Source: Escherichia coli
GTDB lineage: Bacteria; Pseudomonadota; Gammaproteobacteria; Enterobacterales; Enterobacteriaceae
Strand: one strand, 5' to 3'
Length of the DNA: 64,000 nucleotides
Assembly: GCF_029227855.1 (NCBI RefSeq)
Contig: NZ_CP074356.1
A program made the position numbers and the translations under genes. The notes under the pieces are model-generated. The model was not told the DNA's origin. It was given only the letters and a program-made list of their open reading frames with translations, and made no database searches. Below are positions 10,488-23,337 of this stretch, piece by piece. The first letter of the stretch is position 1, and every line of letters starts with the position of its first letter.

Positions 10488-10515
10488 AGTTTTGCGTTTG
10501 TCATCAGTCTCTAAT

Positions 10516-11145
10516 ATGGTCGACATGAAAACTACGCATACCGCCCTCCCCTTTGCCGGAAATACGCTGCATTTTGTTAAGTTCGATCCGGCGAGTTTTT
10601 GTGAGCAGGATTTACTCTGGCTGCCACACTACGCGCAACTGCAACACGCTGGACGTAAACGTAAAACAGAGCATTTAGCCGGACGGATCGCTGCAGTTTA
10701 TGCGCTGCGGGAATATGGCTATAAATGTGTGCCCGCAATCGGCGAGCTACGCCAACCTGTGTGGCCTGCGGGGGTATACGGCAGTATTAGCCACTGTGGG
10801 GCTACGGCATTAGCCGTGGTATCTCGTCAACCGATTGGCATTGATATTGAAGAAATTTTTTCTGCGCAAACAGCGGCAGAATTGACAGACAACATTATTA
10901 CACCAGCAGAACACGAGCGACTCGCAGAATGCGGTTTAACCTTTTCTCTGGCGCTGACACTGGCATTTTCCGCCAAAGAGAGCGCATTTAAGGCAAGCAA
11001 GATACAGGCCGCTCAAGGTTTTCTGGATTATCAGATAATTAGCTGGAATAAACAGCAGATCATCATTCGACTAGAGGATGAGCAGTTTGCTGTGCACTGG
11101 CAGATAAAAGAAAAAATAGTCATAACGCTGTGCCAACACGATTAA
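10516..11145 (+). CDS. entD: Phosphopantetheinyl transferase EntD
   Basis: 209-aa product MVDMKTTHTALPFAGNTLHFVKFDP...; the ORF-track start at 10375 runs through the REP element and is rejected. Confidence 0.92.
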   Translation: MVDMKTTHTALPFAGNTLHFVKFDPASFCEQDLLWLPHYAQLQHAGRKRKTEHLAGRIAAVYALREYGYKCVPAIGELRQPVWPAGVYGSISHCGATALAVVSRQPIGIDIEEIFSAQTAAELTDNIITPAEHERLAECGLTFSLALTLAFSAKESAFKASKIQAAQGFLDYQIISWNKQQIIIRLEDEQFAVHWQIKEKIVITLCQHD

Positions 11146-11164
11146 TTGACAACATCTGGTACGA

Positions 11165-11635
11165 TTCGCCCGCAGCCATTACTGACCGCGGGCGAAAGTG
11201 TAAAGCAGGTGCCTTACCATCCTGACCTGACAACCGGATATGCGGGGATTGCTCCCCGCACAACGGCTACTTCTTCGGTTCGTAAGCGAGAACAGCCTTA
11301 AACTCAATATTACGTTCCTTCACCGTAAACTCACACAGCGAGTCGCGGACCAGAAGCGTAAATCCCAGCACCGTTAAACACAGCACTATGACTGCCACAA
11401 GGGCATATTTCGTCAGCATGTTTATATTGCCTCCATGCGAAGAAGGGACTACCATCCGAGTTGTTCAGGTTTGGGTAGGTAGCCCCAGGGTTGATAGAAA
11501 TATCGTCCTGGGGCTTCATCTTTCCAGACCTCAGAGTTAACCTGAAACCGGAAAGCTTCAGGCACCCGCCGTTATCTTACCCTTCCTCAGCAAAATAGCT
11601 GTTTATTTATACAGTGAATCCTGTTTCGGACTTCT
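11165..11635. repeat. Tandem repeat unit 1 carrying a hok/sok-type type I toxin-antitoxin locus
   Basis: About 470 bp that realigns with 11670-12137 at roughly 95% identity by eye; contains hok copy 1. Confidence 0.85.
11267..11419 (-). CDS. hokE: Hok-family small membrane toxin (HokE-like), copy 1
   Basis: 50-aa product [50 protein letters not shown]; an overlapping mok-frame ORF is present (11331..11519). Confidence 0.85.
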   Translation of the reverse strand: MLTKYALVAVIVLCLTVLGFTLLVRDSLCEFTVKERNIEFKAVLAYEPKK

Positions 11636-11669
11636 GTTGGCAAAACTGATCATTGCCCTTAAAACGACA

Positions 11670-12137
11670 TCGCCCGCAGCCATTGCTGACCGCGGGCGAA
11701 AGTGTAAAGCAGGTGCCTTACCACCCTGACCTGACAACCGGATATGCGGGGATTACTCCCCGCACAACGGCTACTTCTTCGGTTCGTAAGCGAGAACAGC
11801 CTTAAACTCAATATTACGTTCCTTCACCGTAAACTCACACAGCGAGTCTCCGACCAGAAGCGTAAATCCCAGTACCGTCAAACACAGCACTATGACTGCC
11901 ACAAGGGCATATTTCGTCAGCATGTTTATATTGCCTCCATGCGAAGAAGGGACTACCATCCAAATTGTCTGGTTTGGAGTGGCAGCCCCAGGGTTGATAG
12001 AAATATCTCCTGGGGCTTCATCTTTCCAGACCTCAGAGTAAACCTGAAACCGGAAAGCTTCAGGCACCCGCCGTTATCTTACCCTTCCTCAGCAAAATGG
12101 CTGTTTATTTATACAGTGAGTCCTGTTTCGGACTTCT
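11670..12137. repeat. Tandem repeat unit 2 carrying a second hok/sok-type locus
   Basis: Direct repeat of 11165-11635 with scattered substitutions. Confidence 0.85.
11771..11923 (-). CDS. Hok-family small membrane toxin, copy 2
   Basis: 50-aa product identical to copy 1 except G for R at the LLV(G/R)DSL position. Confidence 0.8.
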   Translation of the reverse strand: MLTKYALVAVIVLCLTVLGFTLLVGDSLCEFTVKERNIEFKAVLAYEPKK

Positions 12138-12354
12138 CACTCCTAATTTGATCAACTGAAGCTGAACCCGTTTTTTTCTGCATGCCTCAATCGTCAAAAT
12201 TCTTCGCCACCAGCCAGCTCTGCCATAACTTGTCACATTGCAAAAGTAGCCAAATTGCTTCAGTCACCATCACCAAAAAAAAGAAACATTCCAGAACTTC
12301 CGCATCTCGCCCAGCCGCTCCGACTTCTATACTGAATAGAAAACGCCAACATAA

Positions 12355-13482
<1,128 letters not shown>

Positions 13483-13547
13483 GCCGGGAATTGCCTTACA
13501 GAAGAATATCCCTGACAATGGTGTTTTAACTTACATTTAACAATGTT

Positions 13548-13796
13548 ATGAAACACCCTTTAGAAACCTTGACCACCGCAGCAGGCATTTTGCTGATGGC
13601 TTTCCTTTCTTGCCTGCTGCTGCCCGCCCCCGCACTGGGGCTGACGCTGGCACAAAAACTGGTGACCATGTTCCATCTGATGGATCTTAGCCAGCTTTAC
13701 ACTTTATTGTTTTGTCTGTGGTTTTTAGTGCTGGGCGCTATTGAGTATTTTGTTCTGCGCTTTATCTGGCGACGCTGGTTCTCGCTGGCGGATTAA
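13548..13796 (+). CDS. ybdJ: Small inner membrane protein YbdJ
   Basis: 82-aa hydrophobic ORF between ybdK and ybdF. Confidence 0.75.
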   Translation: MKHPLETLTTAAGILLMAFLSCLLLPAPALGLTLAQKLVTMFHLMDLSQLYTLLFCLWFLVLGAIEYFVLRFIWRRWFSLAD

Positions 13797-13860
13797 ACGT
13801 CGATTATCGCCGAACTTCGCGGCATACTTTGCTTATTCTCCTTCGCCTAAAGGAACGTTT

Positions 13861-14229
13861 ATGGATAAGCAATCACTGCACGAAACGGCGAAACGCCTGG
13901 CCCTTGAGTTACCCTTTGTCGAGCTTTGCTGGCCTTTTGGCCCGGAGTTCGATGTTTTTAAAATTGGCGGCAAGATTTTTATGCTGTCGTCGGAGCTGCG
14001 CGGCGTCCCCTTTATCAATCTGAAGTCCGATCCACAAAAATCCCTGTTAAATCAGCAGATATACCCGAGCATTAAACCAGGATATCACATGAATAAAAAG
14101 CACTGGATTTCGGTTTATCCCGGCGAGGAAATCTCCGAAGCGTTACTTAGCGATCTGATCAACGATTCGTGGAATCTGGTGGTTGATGGTCTGGCTAAAC
14201 GCGATCAAAAAAGAGTGCGTCCAGGCTAA
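13861..14229 (+). CDS. ybdF: Uncharacterized protein YbdF
   Basis: 122-aa product [21 protein letters not shown]...; the ORF-track start at 13741 is an upstream extension. Confidence 0.8.
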   Translation: MDKQSLHETAKRLALELPFVELCWPFGPEFDVFKIGGKIFMLSSELRGVPFINLKSDPQKSLLNQQIYPSIKPGYHMNKKHWISVYPGEEISEALLSDLINDSWNLVVDGLAKRDQKRVRPG

Positions 14230-14322
14230 AGCGGAAATCTATAGCGCATTTTTCTCGCTTACCATTTCTCGTTGAACCTTGTAATCTGCTGGCACGCAAA
14301 ATTACTTTCACATGGAGTCTTT

Positions 14323-14976
14323 ATGGATATCATTTCTGTCGCCTTAAAGCGTCATTCCACTAAGGCATTTGATGCCAGCAAAAAACTTACCCCGGAACAG
14401 GCCGAGCAGATCAAAACGCTACTGCAATACAGCCCATCCAGCACTAACTCCCAGCCGTGGCATTTTATTGTTGCCAGCACGGAAGAAGGTAAAGCGCGTG
14501 TTGCCAAATCCGCTGCCGGTAATTACGTGTTCAACGAGCGTAAAATACTTGATGCCTCGCACGTCGTGGTGTTCTGTGCAAAAACCGCGATGGACGATGC
14601 CTGGCTGAAGCTGGTTGTTGACCAGGAAGATGCCGATGGCCGCTTTGCCACGCCGGAAGCGAAAGCCGCGAACGATAAAGGTCGCAAGTTCTTCGCCGAT
14701 ATACACCGTAAAGATCTGCATGATGATGCGCAGTGGATGGCAAAACAGGTTTATCTCAACGTCGGTAACTTCCTGCTCGGCGTGGCGGCGCTGGGTCTGG
14801 ACGCGGTGCCCATCGAAGGTTTTGACGCCGCCATCCTCGATGCAGAATTTGGTCTGAAAGAGAAAGGCTACACCAGTCTGGTGGTTGTTCCGGTAGGTCA
14901 TCACAGCGTTGAAGATTTTAACGCTACGCTGCCGAAATCTCGTCTGCCGCAAAACATCACCTTAACCGAAGTGTAA
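14323..14976 (+). CDS. nfsB: Oxygen-insensitive NAD(P)H nitroreductase NfsB
   Basis: 217-aa product [31 protein letters not shown]... Confidence 0.95.
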   Translation: MDIISVALKRHSTKAFDASKKLTPEQAEQIKTLLQYSPSSTNSQPWHFIVASTEEGKARVAKSAAGNYVFNERKILDASHVVVFCAKTAMDDAWLKLVVDQEDADGRFATPEAKAANDKGRKFFADIHRKDLHDDAQWMAKQVYLNVGNFLLGVAALGLDAVPIEGFDAAILDAEFGLKEKGYTSLVVVPVGHHSVEDFNATLPKSRLPQNITLTEV

Positions 14977-14985
14977 TTCTCTCTT

Positions 14986-15010
14986 GCCGGGCATCTGCCC
15001 GGCTATTTCC
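14986..15010 (+). terminator. Candidate terminator after nfsB
   Basis: gccggg-catctg-cccggc hairpin followed by tatttcc. Confidence 0.4.
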
Positions 15011-15035
15011 CCTCAGATTCTCCTGATTTGCATAA

Positions 15036-16331
<1,296 letters not shown>

Positions 16332-16342
16332 TTAATAAATAT

Positions 16343-16367
16343 CCTCCGGCATAGCCGGAGGTTTTTC
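16343..16367 (+). terminator. Rho-independent terminator after ybdG (or subterminal hairpin of IS200)
   Basis: cctccggc-ata-gccggagg stem-loop followed by TTTTT. Confidence 0.6.
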
Positions 16368-16442
16368 AAATGCGCCTATAAGGCTCTCTTACCAGCCGCG
16401 CCCTAACAGGCGCACACGATCTGACATTTGCATCCAACTTCG

Positions 16443-16901
16443 TTACTTACGGCCCGTAAACGGGCTGCCCGGATAGGGAATCGATAACTGCTCTCCCATT
16501 TTATCCTCTTCAAGCTGGTGCTTTATGTAATCCTGTATCTTCGCCGTGTTCTTACCCACTGTATCGACGTAGTACCCTCTGCACCAGAACTCCCTGTTCC
16601 TGTATTTGAATTTCAAATCACCAAACTGCTCGTAAAGCATCAGACTGCTTTTCCCTTTCAGATATCCCATAAACCCGGATACGCTCATTTTGGGCGGGAT
16701 CTCCACAAGCATATGGATATGATCTGCACAGCATTCAGCTTCCAGAATCCGTACGCTTTTCCACTCACACAGCTTTCTCAAAATACTGCCTATTGCTCTA
16801 CGCTTCTCTCTGTAGAACACCTGTCTTCGGTATTTTGGCGCAAAAACTATGTGATATTTACAGTTCCATCGGGTGTGCGCTAAGCTCTTTTCGTTCCCCA
16901 T
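16443..16901 (-). CDS. tnpA: IS200 transposase TnpA (HUH Y1 transposase)
   Basis: Product MGNEKSLAHTRWNCKYHIVFAPKYRRQVFY...HIHMLVEIPPKMSVS...; HxH motif and catalytic Tyr context. Confidence 0.9.
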   Translation of the reverse strand: MGNEKSLAHTRWNCKYHIVFAPKYRRQVFYREKRRAIGSILRKLCEWKSVRILEAECCADHIHMLVEIPPKMSVSGFMGYLKGKSSLMLYEQFGDLKFKYRNREFWCRGYYVDTVGKNTAKIQDYIKHQLEEDKMGEQLSIPYPGSPFTGRK

Positions 16902-17043
16902 TGGGACCCCCTTTTGATTTCTTGTTTGACACTTGCAGTTGCCAGACCGCAAAGTGTTTTAACAAATCAAAAGGGGTTTTAATAACTGGCTCAAAGCTGA
17001 AAGCTTTCCGGAACCCCCAGCCTAGCTGGGGGTTTTCTGTGCA

Positions 17044-17078
17044 CAAAAAAACCGCTCTCATCGAATGGATGAGAGCGG
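17044..17078 (-). terminator. Rho-independent terminator of pheP
   Basis: ccgctctcatc-gaat-ggatgagagcgg hairpin, followed on the minus strand by TTTTTTT. Confidence 0.7.
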
Positions 17079-17109
17079 ACATCGTTTTGTCGGATGTAGC
17101 GTGAATGCC

Positions 17110-18486
17110 TTATTTCCGACGCAGCGTTTTAAATGCCACAAACAGGAATACAATCCACACCGGCAGCAGGATCGCTGACAAGCGCATATCATCCATCGTG
17201 CACATCAGCAGCAAAATCATGCCGAGGAAGGCAATACAAAGATAGTTGCCGAACGGATAAAGCAGCGCCTTAAACTGTGTTTCACGTCCCTGACGTCGCA
17301 TCGCCGCGCGAAAACGCAGATGCGCCAGGCAGATCATAATCCAGTTCAACAGCAGCGTTGCTACCACCAGCGCCATCAGCAGACCAAACGCTTTTTGCGG
17401 CAGCAGATAGTTGATTAACACCACCAGCGAAGTGATCGCTCCGGAAAGCATCAGCGAGTTAATCGGCACGCCGCGACGGCTGACGCGAGTCAAAAACTTC
17501 GGCGCATTACCCTGCACAGAAAGGCCAAACAGCATGCGGCTGTTAGAGTAAACCCCGCTGTTATACACCGACAACGATGCCACCAGAATGACGAAGTTCA
17601 GCGCAGAAGCCACTACGTTGCTGTCGAGATTATGGAAAATCATCACAAACGGGCTACTGTTAGATTTCACTTCCACCCACGGATAGAGTGCCAGTAAAAC
17701 CACCAGTGAACCGATGTAAAACAGCAGGATGCGATACACCACCTGATTCACTGCTTTAGGGATGCTTTTTTCCGGATCGCGCGCTTCAGCGGCAGTAATC
17801 CCAATCAGTTCCAGACCGCCGAAGGAGAACATAATCACCGCCAGCGATAAAATCAGCCCATTCCAGCCGGTGGCAAAGAAACCACCGTAGCGCCAGAGGT
17901 TGTCGATACTGGCTTTCTCGCCGCCGTGACCAGAAAACAGCAGCCACAGGCCAAAGCCGATCATGCCGATGATCGCCAGCACTTTAATCAGCGCAAACCA
18001 GAACTCGGTTTCGCCATATAAGCGCACGTTCACCAGGTTAACAGCGTTGATGATAATAAAGAAGGCGGCAGCCCAGATCCAGGTAGGAACATCCGGGAAC
18101 CAGTACTGCATATAAATGCCCGCAGCCGTTAGCTCTGCCATCCCCACCAGCACGAACATCACCCAGTAGTTCCAGCCAGAGAGGAAGCCCGCAAACGGTC
18201 CCCAGTATTTATAGGCAAAGTGGGCAAATGAACCGGATACCGGCTCTTCGACCACCATCTCGCCGAGCTGGCGCATAATCAGGAAAGCGATGATCCCGGC
18301 GACGCCGTAGCCCAGCAATACAGCCGGACCCGCCATCTGAATCGCCGGGCCAATGCCAAGAAACAGACCAGTACCAATTGCGCCACCCAGCGCAATCAGT
18401 TGAATATGACGGTTATGTAATCCGCGATGAAGCGTCGGCTCTTGATTCGACGCAGTATCTTCCGATACGGTTGACGCGTTTTTCAC
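17110..18486 (-). CDS. pheP: Phenylalanine-specific permease PheP (APC family)
   Basis: 458-aa product MKNASTVSEDTASNQEPTLHRGLHNRHIQLIALGGAIGTGLF... Confidence 0.95.
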   Translation of the reverse strand: MKNASTVSEDTASNQEPTLHRGLHNRHIQLIALGGAIGTGLFLGIGPAIQMAGPAVLLGYGVAGIIAFLIMRQLGEMVVEEPVSGSFAHFAYKYWGPFAGFLSGWNYWVMFVLVGMAELTAAGIYMQYWFPDVPTWIWAAAFFIIINAVNLVNVRLYGETEFWFALIKVLAIIGMIGFGLWLLFSGHGGEKASIDNLWRYGGFFATGWNGLILSLAVIMFSFGGLELIGITAAEARDPEKSIPKAVNQVVYRILLFYIGSLVVLLALYPWVEVKSNSSPFVMIFHNLDSNVVASALNFVILVASLSVYNSGVYSNSRMLFGLSVQGNAPKFLTRVSRRGVPINSLMLSGAITSLVVLINYLLPQKAFGLLMALVVATLLLNWIMICLAHLRFRAAMRRQGRETQFKALLYPFGNYLCIAFLGMILLLMCTMDDMRLSAILLPVWIVFLFVAFKTLRRK

Positions 18487-18587
18487 GCCTTTCCCCTGTG
18501 TGTCTTTTTTGTTGAGGGGCACCTTTTAACATTTAGTGCCCATCGTCGCAAGACACAATCCACACGGTTAAACGGGGTATCCTGCTT

Positions 18588-21500
18588 TTATTTCCGTACC
18601 CGATGTCGGTGCAGCCACATCAGCTTATACGCCGCCGGGATAATAAACAGCGACAGCAAAGGCGCGGTGATCATGCCGCCAATCATCGGTGCGGCAATCC
18701 GGCTCATCACCTCTGAACCAGCCCCCGTTCCCCACAGAATCGGCAGCAGACCGGCGATAATCACCGCCACCGTCATCGCTTTCGGGCGCACGCGCAGTAC
18801 CGCGCCGTGATACAACGCCTCATCCAGCTTCTGCTCACTGAATGTTTGCGGATTATTCAACGACGGCTCGGCCTCTATGGCGTGACGTAAATACATCAGC
18901 ATCACCACGCCAAATTCGGCGGCGACCCCGGCAAGGGCAATAAAGCCAGTACCCGTCGCCACGGAAAGATGAAAGCCCATCCACCACAGCAACCAGATGC
19001 CGCCCACCAGCGCAAACGGTACGCTGCTGATAATCAGCAACGCTTCGCCCACCCGACGGAATGCCAGATACAACAGCACGAAGATGATCATCAGTGTCAT
19101 CGGCACCATGAGTTTCAGCTTATGGTTGGCGCGCTCCAGTAGCTCGAACTGCCCGGAGAATGCCACGCTGGTGCCCGGTTTTAACTGCACTTTTTCATCT
19201 ATCGCTTTTTGCAAATCGTGAACCACCGACACCATGTCACGATCGCGGGCATCGATATAAATCCAGCTCGTCGGGCGCGCATTCTCGGTTTTCAGCATCG
19301 ACGGTCCGGTAGAGACTTTAATGTCGGCCACGTCTGCCAGGGTGATTTGCTGCTTCATCGGCGTCAGGATCGGCAACTGGCGCAGTGCCTGCGGACTATC
19401 GCGCCAGCTTTGCGGATAACGCAGATTAATTGGATAACGGGCAATCCCTTCCACCGTTTCGCCAACCATCGCCCCGCCCACCGCAGAAGTCACAAACAAC
19501 TGCACATCCGCCACCGTCATACCGTAACGCGCGGCTTTTTCACGGTTAATCTCAACGTTGATATAGCGCCCACCTTCCAGACGCTCGGCAAGCGCAGAAG
19601 CCACGCCTGGTACCGTTCGTGCCACCTCTTCAATTTGCTCCGCCATCGCGTCGATATCCGCCAGCACAGTGCCGGAAACTTTAATGCCGATGGGGCTTTT
19701 AATGCCAGTCGAGAGCATATCGATACGGTTACGAATTGGCGGCACCCACAGATTCGCCAGCCCCGGCAGCCGCACGGTGTTATCCAGTTCCTCAATGATT
19801 TTGTCCATCGTCATGCCAGGCCGCCACTGATCCTGCGGCTTAAGCTGGATGGTCGTTTCAACCATCTCGAGCGGAGCAGAATCGGTGGCGGTTTCCGCTT
19901 TCCCGGTTTTGCCAAATACCCGCGCCACTTCAGGTACGCTCATAATTAGCTTGTCGGTTTTTTGCAGCATACTCGCCGCCTCTGCTGCGGAAATCCCCGG
20001 CAGCGTCGATGGCATATACAACAAGTCGCCTTCATTGATCTGCGGTAAAAATTCCCCGCCAACTTTATTGAGCGGCCAGAGAACCGTCAGCACCGAAAGC
20101 GCTGCCACCAGCAGCGTGGTTTTTGGCCAGTGCAGTACTTTCAGCAACAGCGGATGATAAGCACGAATCAAAAAGCGATTGAGCGGGTTACTGCTTTCTG
20201 GCGGAATTTTGCCACGGATCCAGTAACCCATCAGGATAGGGATCACTATGATCGCCAGCAGCGCCGCACCCGCCATCGCATAAGTTTTGGTGAACGCCAG
20301 CGGGCCAAACAGACGCCCTTCCTGCCCTTCCAGGGTGAAGATCGGGATAAACGACAACGTGATAATCAGCAGACTGATAAACAGCGCCGGCCCCACTTCA
20401 ACAGACGCATCGGTGATCACCTGCCAGCGCGTTTTATTATCCAGCGTGGCGTCAGGATGCTGGTGCTGCCACTCTTCCAGTCGTTTATGCGCATTCTCGA
20501 TCATGACGATAGCGGCATCGACCATCGCCCCGACGGCAATCGCAATGCCGCCCAGCGACATAATATTGGCATTCAGCCCCTGGAAGTGCATGACAATAAA
20601 AGCAATACACAACCCCAGCGGCAACGAAATAATCGCCACCAGCGCCGAGCGCACATGCCAGAGAAACAGCGCACAGACTACCGCCACCACAATAAACTCT
20701 TCCAGCAACTTGCCGCTGAGGTTGTCGATGGCGCGGTCAATGAGCTGGCTGCGATCGTATGTTGTAACTATCTCCACGCCTTCCGGCAGACTGCTTTTCA
20801 GCGTTTCCAGTTTGTCTTTCACGGCGGCGATCACTTCTCGGGCGTTTTTGCCGGAGCGCAGGATCACCACCCCGCCCGCCACTTCGCCTTCGCCGTTCAG
20901 TTCGGCAATGCCCCGGCGCATCTCCGGGCCAATCTGGACCTTCGCAACATCGCGCAGATAAACGGGCACGCCATTTTCACTGGCTTTTAAAACGATGTGA
21001 TTAAAGTCGTCGAGCGTTTGCAGATAGCCGCTGGCGCGCACCATATATTCCGCTTCCGCCAGTTCGATCGACGAACCGCCCGCTTCCTGGTTTGAAGCAT
21101 CCAGCGCGCTTTTTACTTCGGCGAGACTGATGCCATATTGCGCCAGGCGCTGGGGATCGATAACCACCTGATACTCTTTCACCACACCGCCCACCGACGC
21201 CACTTCCGCAACGTCAGGGATGGTTTTTAGCTCATATTTGAGAAACCAGTCCTGCAATGAGCGTAAATCGGCCAGATCGTGCTTACCGCTGCGATCCACC
21301 AGTGCATATTCATAGATCCAGCCAACACCCGTGGCATCTGGCCCCAGCTCAGCGCTGACTCCCGCAGGCAGCTTACCCTGTACCTGGTTGAGGTACTCCA
21401 GCACCCGCGAGCGCGCCCAGTATGGATCGGTGCCATCTTCGAAAATGACATACACATAAGAGTCGCCAAACTGCGAGAAACCGCGCACAGTCTTCGCGCC

Positions 21501-21731
21501 AGGCACCGACAACATAGTGGTGGTTAGCGGATAAGTCACCTGATTTTCAACGATTTGCGGTGCCTGACCGGGATAGCTGGTTTTAATAATCACCTGCACA
21601 TCAGAGAGATCCGGCAGTGCATCCACTGGCGTGTTAATGATGGTCCAGGTGCCCCAGATACTCAGAAACAACGCGCCCATCAGCACCAGAAAACGGTTCG
21701 CCACCGAGCGACGAATAATCCATTCAATCAT
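18588..21731 (-). CDS. cusA: Cu(I)/Ag(I) efflux RND transporter CusA
   Basis: 1047-aa RND permease [27 protein letters not shown]...; cusCFBA operon context. Confidence 0.96.
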   Translation of the reverse strand: MIEWIIRRSVANRFLVLMGALFLSIWGTWTIINTPVDALPDLSDVQVIIKTSYPGQAPQIVENQVTYPLTTTMLSVPGAKTVRGFSQFGDSYVYVIFEDGTDPYWARSRVLEYLNQVQGKLPAGVSAELGPDATGVGWIYEYALVDRSGKHDLADLRSLQDWFLKYELKTIPDVAEVASVGGVVKEYQVVIDPQRLAQYGISLAEVKSALDASNQEAGGSSIELAEAEYMVRASGYLQTLDDFNHIVLKASENGVPVYLRDVAKVQIGPEMRRGIAELNGEGEVAGGVVILRSGKNAREVIAAVKDKLETLKSSLPEGVEIVTTYDRSQLIDRAIDNLSGKLLEEFIVVAVVCALFLWHVRSALVAIISLPLGLCIAFIVMHFQGLNANIMSLGGIAIAVGAMVDAAIVMIENAHKRLEEWQHQHPDATLDNKTRWQVITDASVEVGPALFISLLIITLSFIPIFTLEGQEGRLFGPLAFTKTYAMAGAALLAIIVIPILMGYWIRGKIPPESSNPLNRFLIRAYHPLLLKVLHWPKTTLLVAALSVLTVLWPLNKVGGEFLPQINEGDLLYMPSTLPGISAAEAASMLQKTDKLIMSVPEVARVFGKTGKAETATDSAPLEMVETTIQLKPQDQWRPGMTMDKIIEELDNTVRLPGLANLWVPPIRNRIDMLSTGIKSPIGIKVSGTVLADIDAMAEQIEEVARTVPGVASALAERLEGGRYINVEINREKAARYGMTVADVQLFVTSAVGGAMVGETVEGIARYPINLRYPQSWRDSPQALRQLPILTPMKQQITLADVADIKVSTGPSMLKTENARPTSWIYIDARDRDMVSVVHDLQKAIDEKVQLKPGTSVAFSGQFELLERANHKLKLMVPMTLMIIFVLLYLAFRRVGEALLIISSVPFALVGGIWLLWWMGFHLSVATGTGFIALAGVAAEFGVVMLMYLRHAIEAEPSLNNPQTFSEQKLDEALYHGAVLRVRPKAMTVAVIIAGLLPILWGTGAGSEVMSRIAAPMIGGMITAPLLSLFIIPAAYKLMWLHRHRVRK

Positions 21732-21742
21732 TGGTTATTCCC

Positions 21743-22966
21743 TCAATGCGCATGGGTAGCACTTTCAGAGCGCATCCGCTCCAGTGCGCCAGAAATATTG
21801 GCTTCGGAATCAATCAGGAACAGGCCGCTGGAAACCACCTTTTCACCTTCCGCCAGACCAGAGCGTAATGCGGTGACGCCTTGCGATGCCTGGAAAACGG
21901 CAACGCGTTTCGGTACAAAGCGCCCGTCGGCATCAACGGTAATCACCCGCTGTTCGCTGCCGGTATCAATCAGCGCTTGTGACGGAATGAGCAGCATCGG
22001 TTCGCTGGCGGTGTTGAGTTGCAACCAGGCGTTCATTCCCGGCTTTAGCGCCTCGTCGGTGTTGTCGACTTCCAGGCGCAGCTGCAGCGTGCGGGTTGCG
22101 GCATCCACGCCGGGTAGCAGCGTCCATTTGCGGATGGTGAGTGTTTTATCAGGTCGTGCCGGAACGGTGAGCGTAAACTGCGAGGCATCTTTCACCAGCC
22201 AGGCGATGGACTCCGGGATCGCGGCAGTGATCCACACCGGATCCATACCCTGAATTTTCGCGACCACGTTATCTTTGGCGATATTCATTCCCGCGCGCAG
22301 ATCAAACGCGGTGATCACGCCATCAATGGGCGCTTTGAGCGTAAAGCGAGTCTGGATTTTTTGCGTGGCGATCAGGCGGCGAATATCCGCCTCCGGCATT
22401 CCCGCCAGTCTCAGCCGCTCAAGAATGCCTTCAGTCTGGGTCGCCGTACCGCCAGTTTCGCGCAGCAGTAAATACTCACTCTGCGCTTCCACCCAGTCGG
22501 GAATGGTCAGGTCGAGAAGCGGCGCGCCCTTTTGTACTTTATCGCCCACGGTAAGCGGATACACCTTGTCGATAAACCCGGCGGCGCGGGCCTGCACAAT
22601 GGCATACTGATACTCGTTGTAACTGACATTCGCCGGGAAACTTTGGGCAAAAGTCAGCGGCCCGCGCGTGACGGTCGCCGTTTTCACCCCCAGATTCTGC
22701 GTCTGAGTCGGGTCAATGCGCACACCAGACGCAGAACTCTCTTCATCGGCATATTTCGGCACCAGATCCATATCCATAAACGGCGATTTACCTGGTTTAT
22801 CGAACCGCGTATTGGGATACATCGGGTCGTACCAGAATAAGATTTTACGTTCTGCGGTCGACGTTTTTTCTGCGGGCGGTTCCGCCTTTGCAAACCAGGT
22901 AAAACCTGCCGCAGAAATAATACCGCCCGCGATCATGCTGCCGATAATAAGCGCGATTTTTTTCAT
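21743..22966 (-). CDS. cusB: Cu(I)/Ag(I) efflux membrane fusion protein CusB
   Basis: 407-aa ORF MKKIALIIGSMIAGGIISAAGFTWF... Confidence 0.95.
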   Translation of the reverse strand: MKKIALIIGSMIAGGIISAAGFTWFAKAEPPAEKTSTAERKILFWYDPMYPNTRFDKPGKSPFMDMDLVPKYADEESSASGVRIDPTQTQNLGVKTATVTRGPLTFAQSFPANVSYNEYQYAIVQARAAGFIDKVYPLTVGDKVQKGAPLLDLTIPDWVEAQSEYLLLRETGGTATQTEGILERLRLAGMPEADIRRLIATQKIQTRFTLKAPIDGVITAFDLRAGMNIAKDNVVAKIQGMDPVWITAAIPESIAWLVKDASQFTLTVPARPDKTLTIRKWTLLPGVDAATRTLQLRLEVDNTDEALKPGMNAWLQLNTASEPMLLIPSQALIDTGSEQRVITVDADGRFVPKRVAVFQASQGVTALRSGLAEGEKVVSSGLFLIDSEANISGALERMRSESATHAH

Positions 22967-22981
22967 CTCATTAAACCTGGG

Positions 22982-23314
22982 TTACTGGCTGACTTTAATA
23001 TCCTGTAATAAAGAAAGGTTGCCCTGCTGGACAAAATTAAACGCCACTTTGTCGCCGGTTTTTATTTCGCCCATCTTCGTCTGCGGGGTGATGGTAAAGC
23101 GCATGGTCATCTCCGGCCAGTTCACGGCAGCAATCGGATCGTGATGGATAGTGATTTTTTTGCTTTCCAGATCAATACCTTTTACCACCCCTGTGGCACT
23201 AATGACCTGCGGTTGTGCTTCGCTCATGGTTTCATGATGATGTTCGTTAGCCTGGGCATTAAAGCCAATAACGGTAAACAGACTGAACATTGCGACTTGC
23301 AGTGCTTTTTTCAT
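22982..23314 (-). CDS. cusF: Periplasmic copper/silver chaperone CusF
   Basis: 110-aa ORF with signal peptide and a His/Met-rich segment. Confidence 0.93.
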   Translation of the reverse strand: MKKALQVAMFSLFTVIGFNAQANEHHHETMSEAQPQVISATGVVKGIDLESKKITIHHDPIAAVNWPEMTMRFTITPQTKMGEIKTGDKVAFNFVQQGNLSLLQDIKVSQ

Positions 23315-23337
23315 TTATTCTCTCCTGGAGTTAAAAA

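Larger units (their letters stand above)
16335..17037 (-). mobile_element. IS200 (IS200/IS605 family) insertion between ybdG and pheP; ends approximate
   Basis: 152-aa Y1 transposase gene plus a GC hairpin aacccccagcctagctgggggtt upstream of tnpA; overall size about 700 bp; no K-12 counterpart recalled at this site. Confidence 0.7.

Noticed and set aside
10375-10515. Upstream extension of entD (ORF-track start at 10375)
   Set aside because: It would translate through the REP palindromes in the fepA-entD intergenic region; the ATG at 10516 gives the expected MVDMKTTH N-terminus.
11267-12067. Extended 62-aa and 98-aa versions of the hok ORFs
   Set aside because: Hok toxins are about 50 aa; the upstream in-frame extensions run through the mRNA leader and fold-back region and probably reflect alternative start codons accepted by the ORF caller.
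19209-20990. Long plus-strand ORFs (246, 286, 224 aa) inside cusA
   Set aside because: They lie antisense within the well-supported 1047-aa cusA gene, are Arg/His-rich low-complexity translations typical of the reverse strand of GC-rich genes, and have no independent start context.
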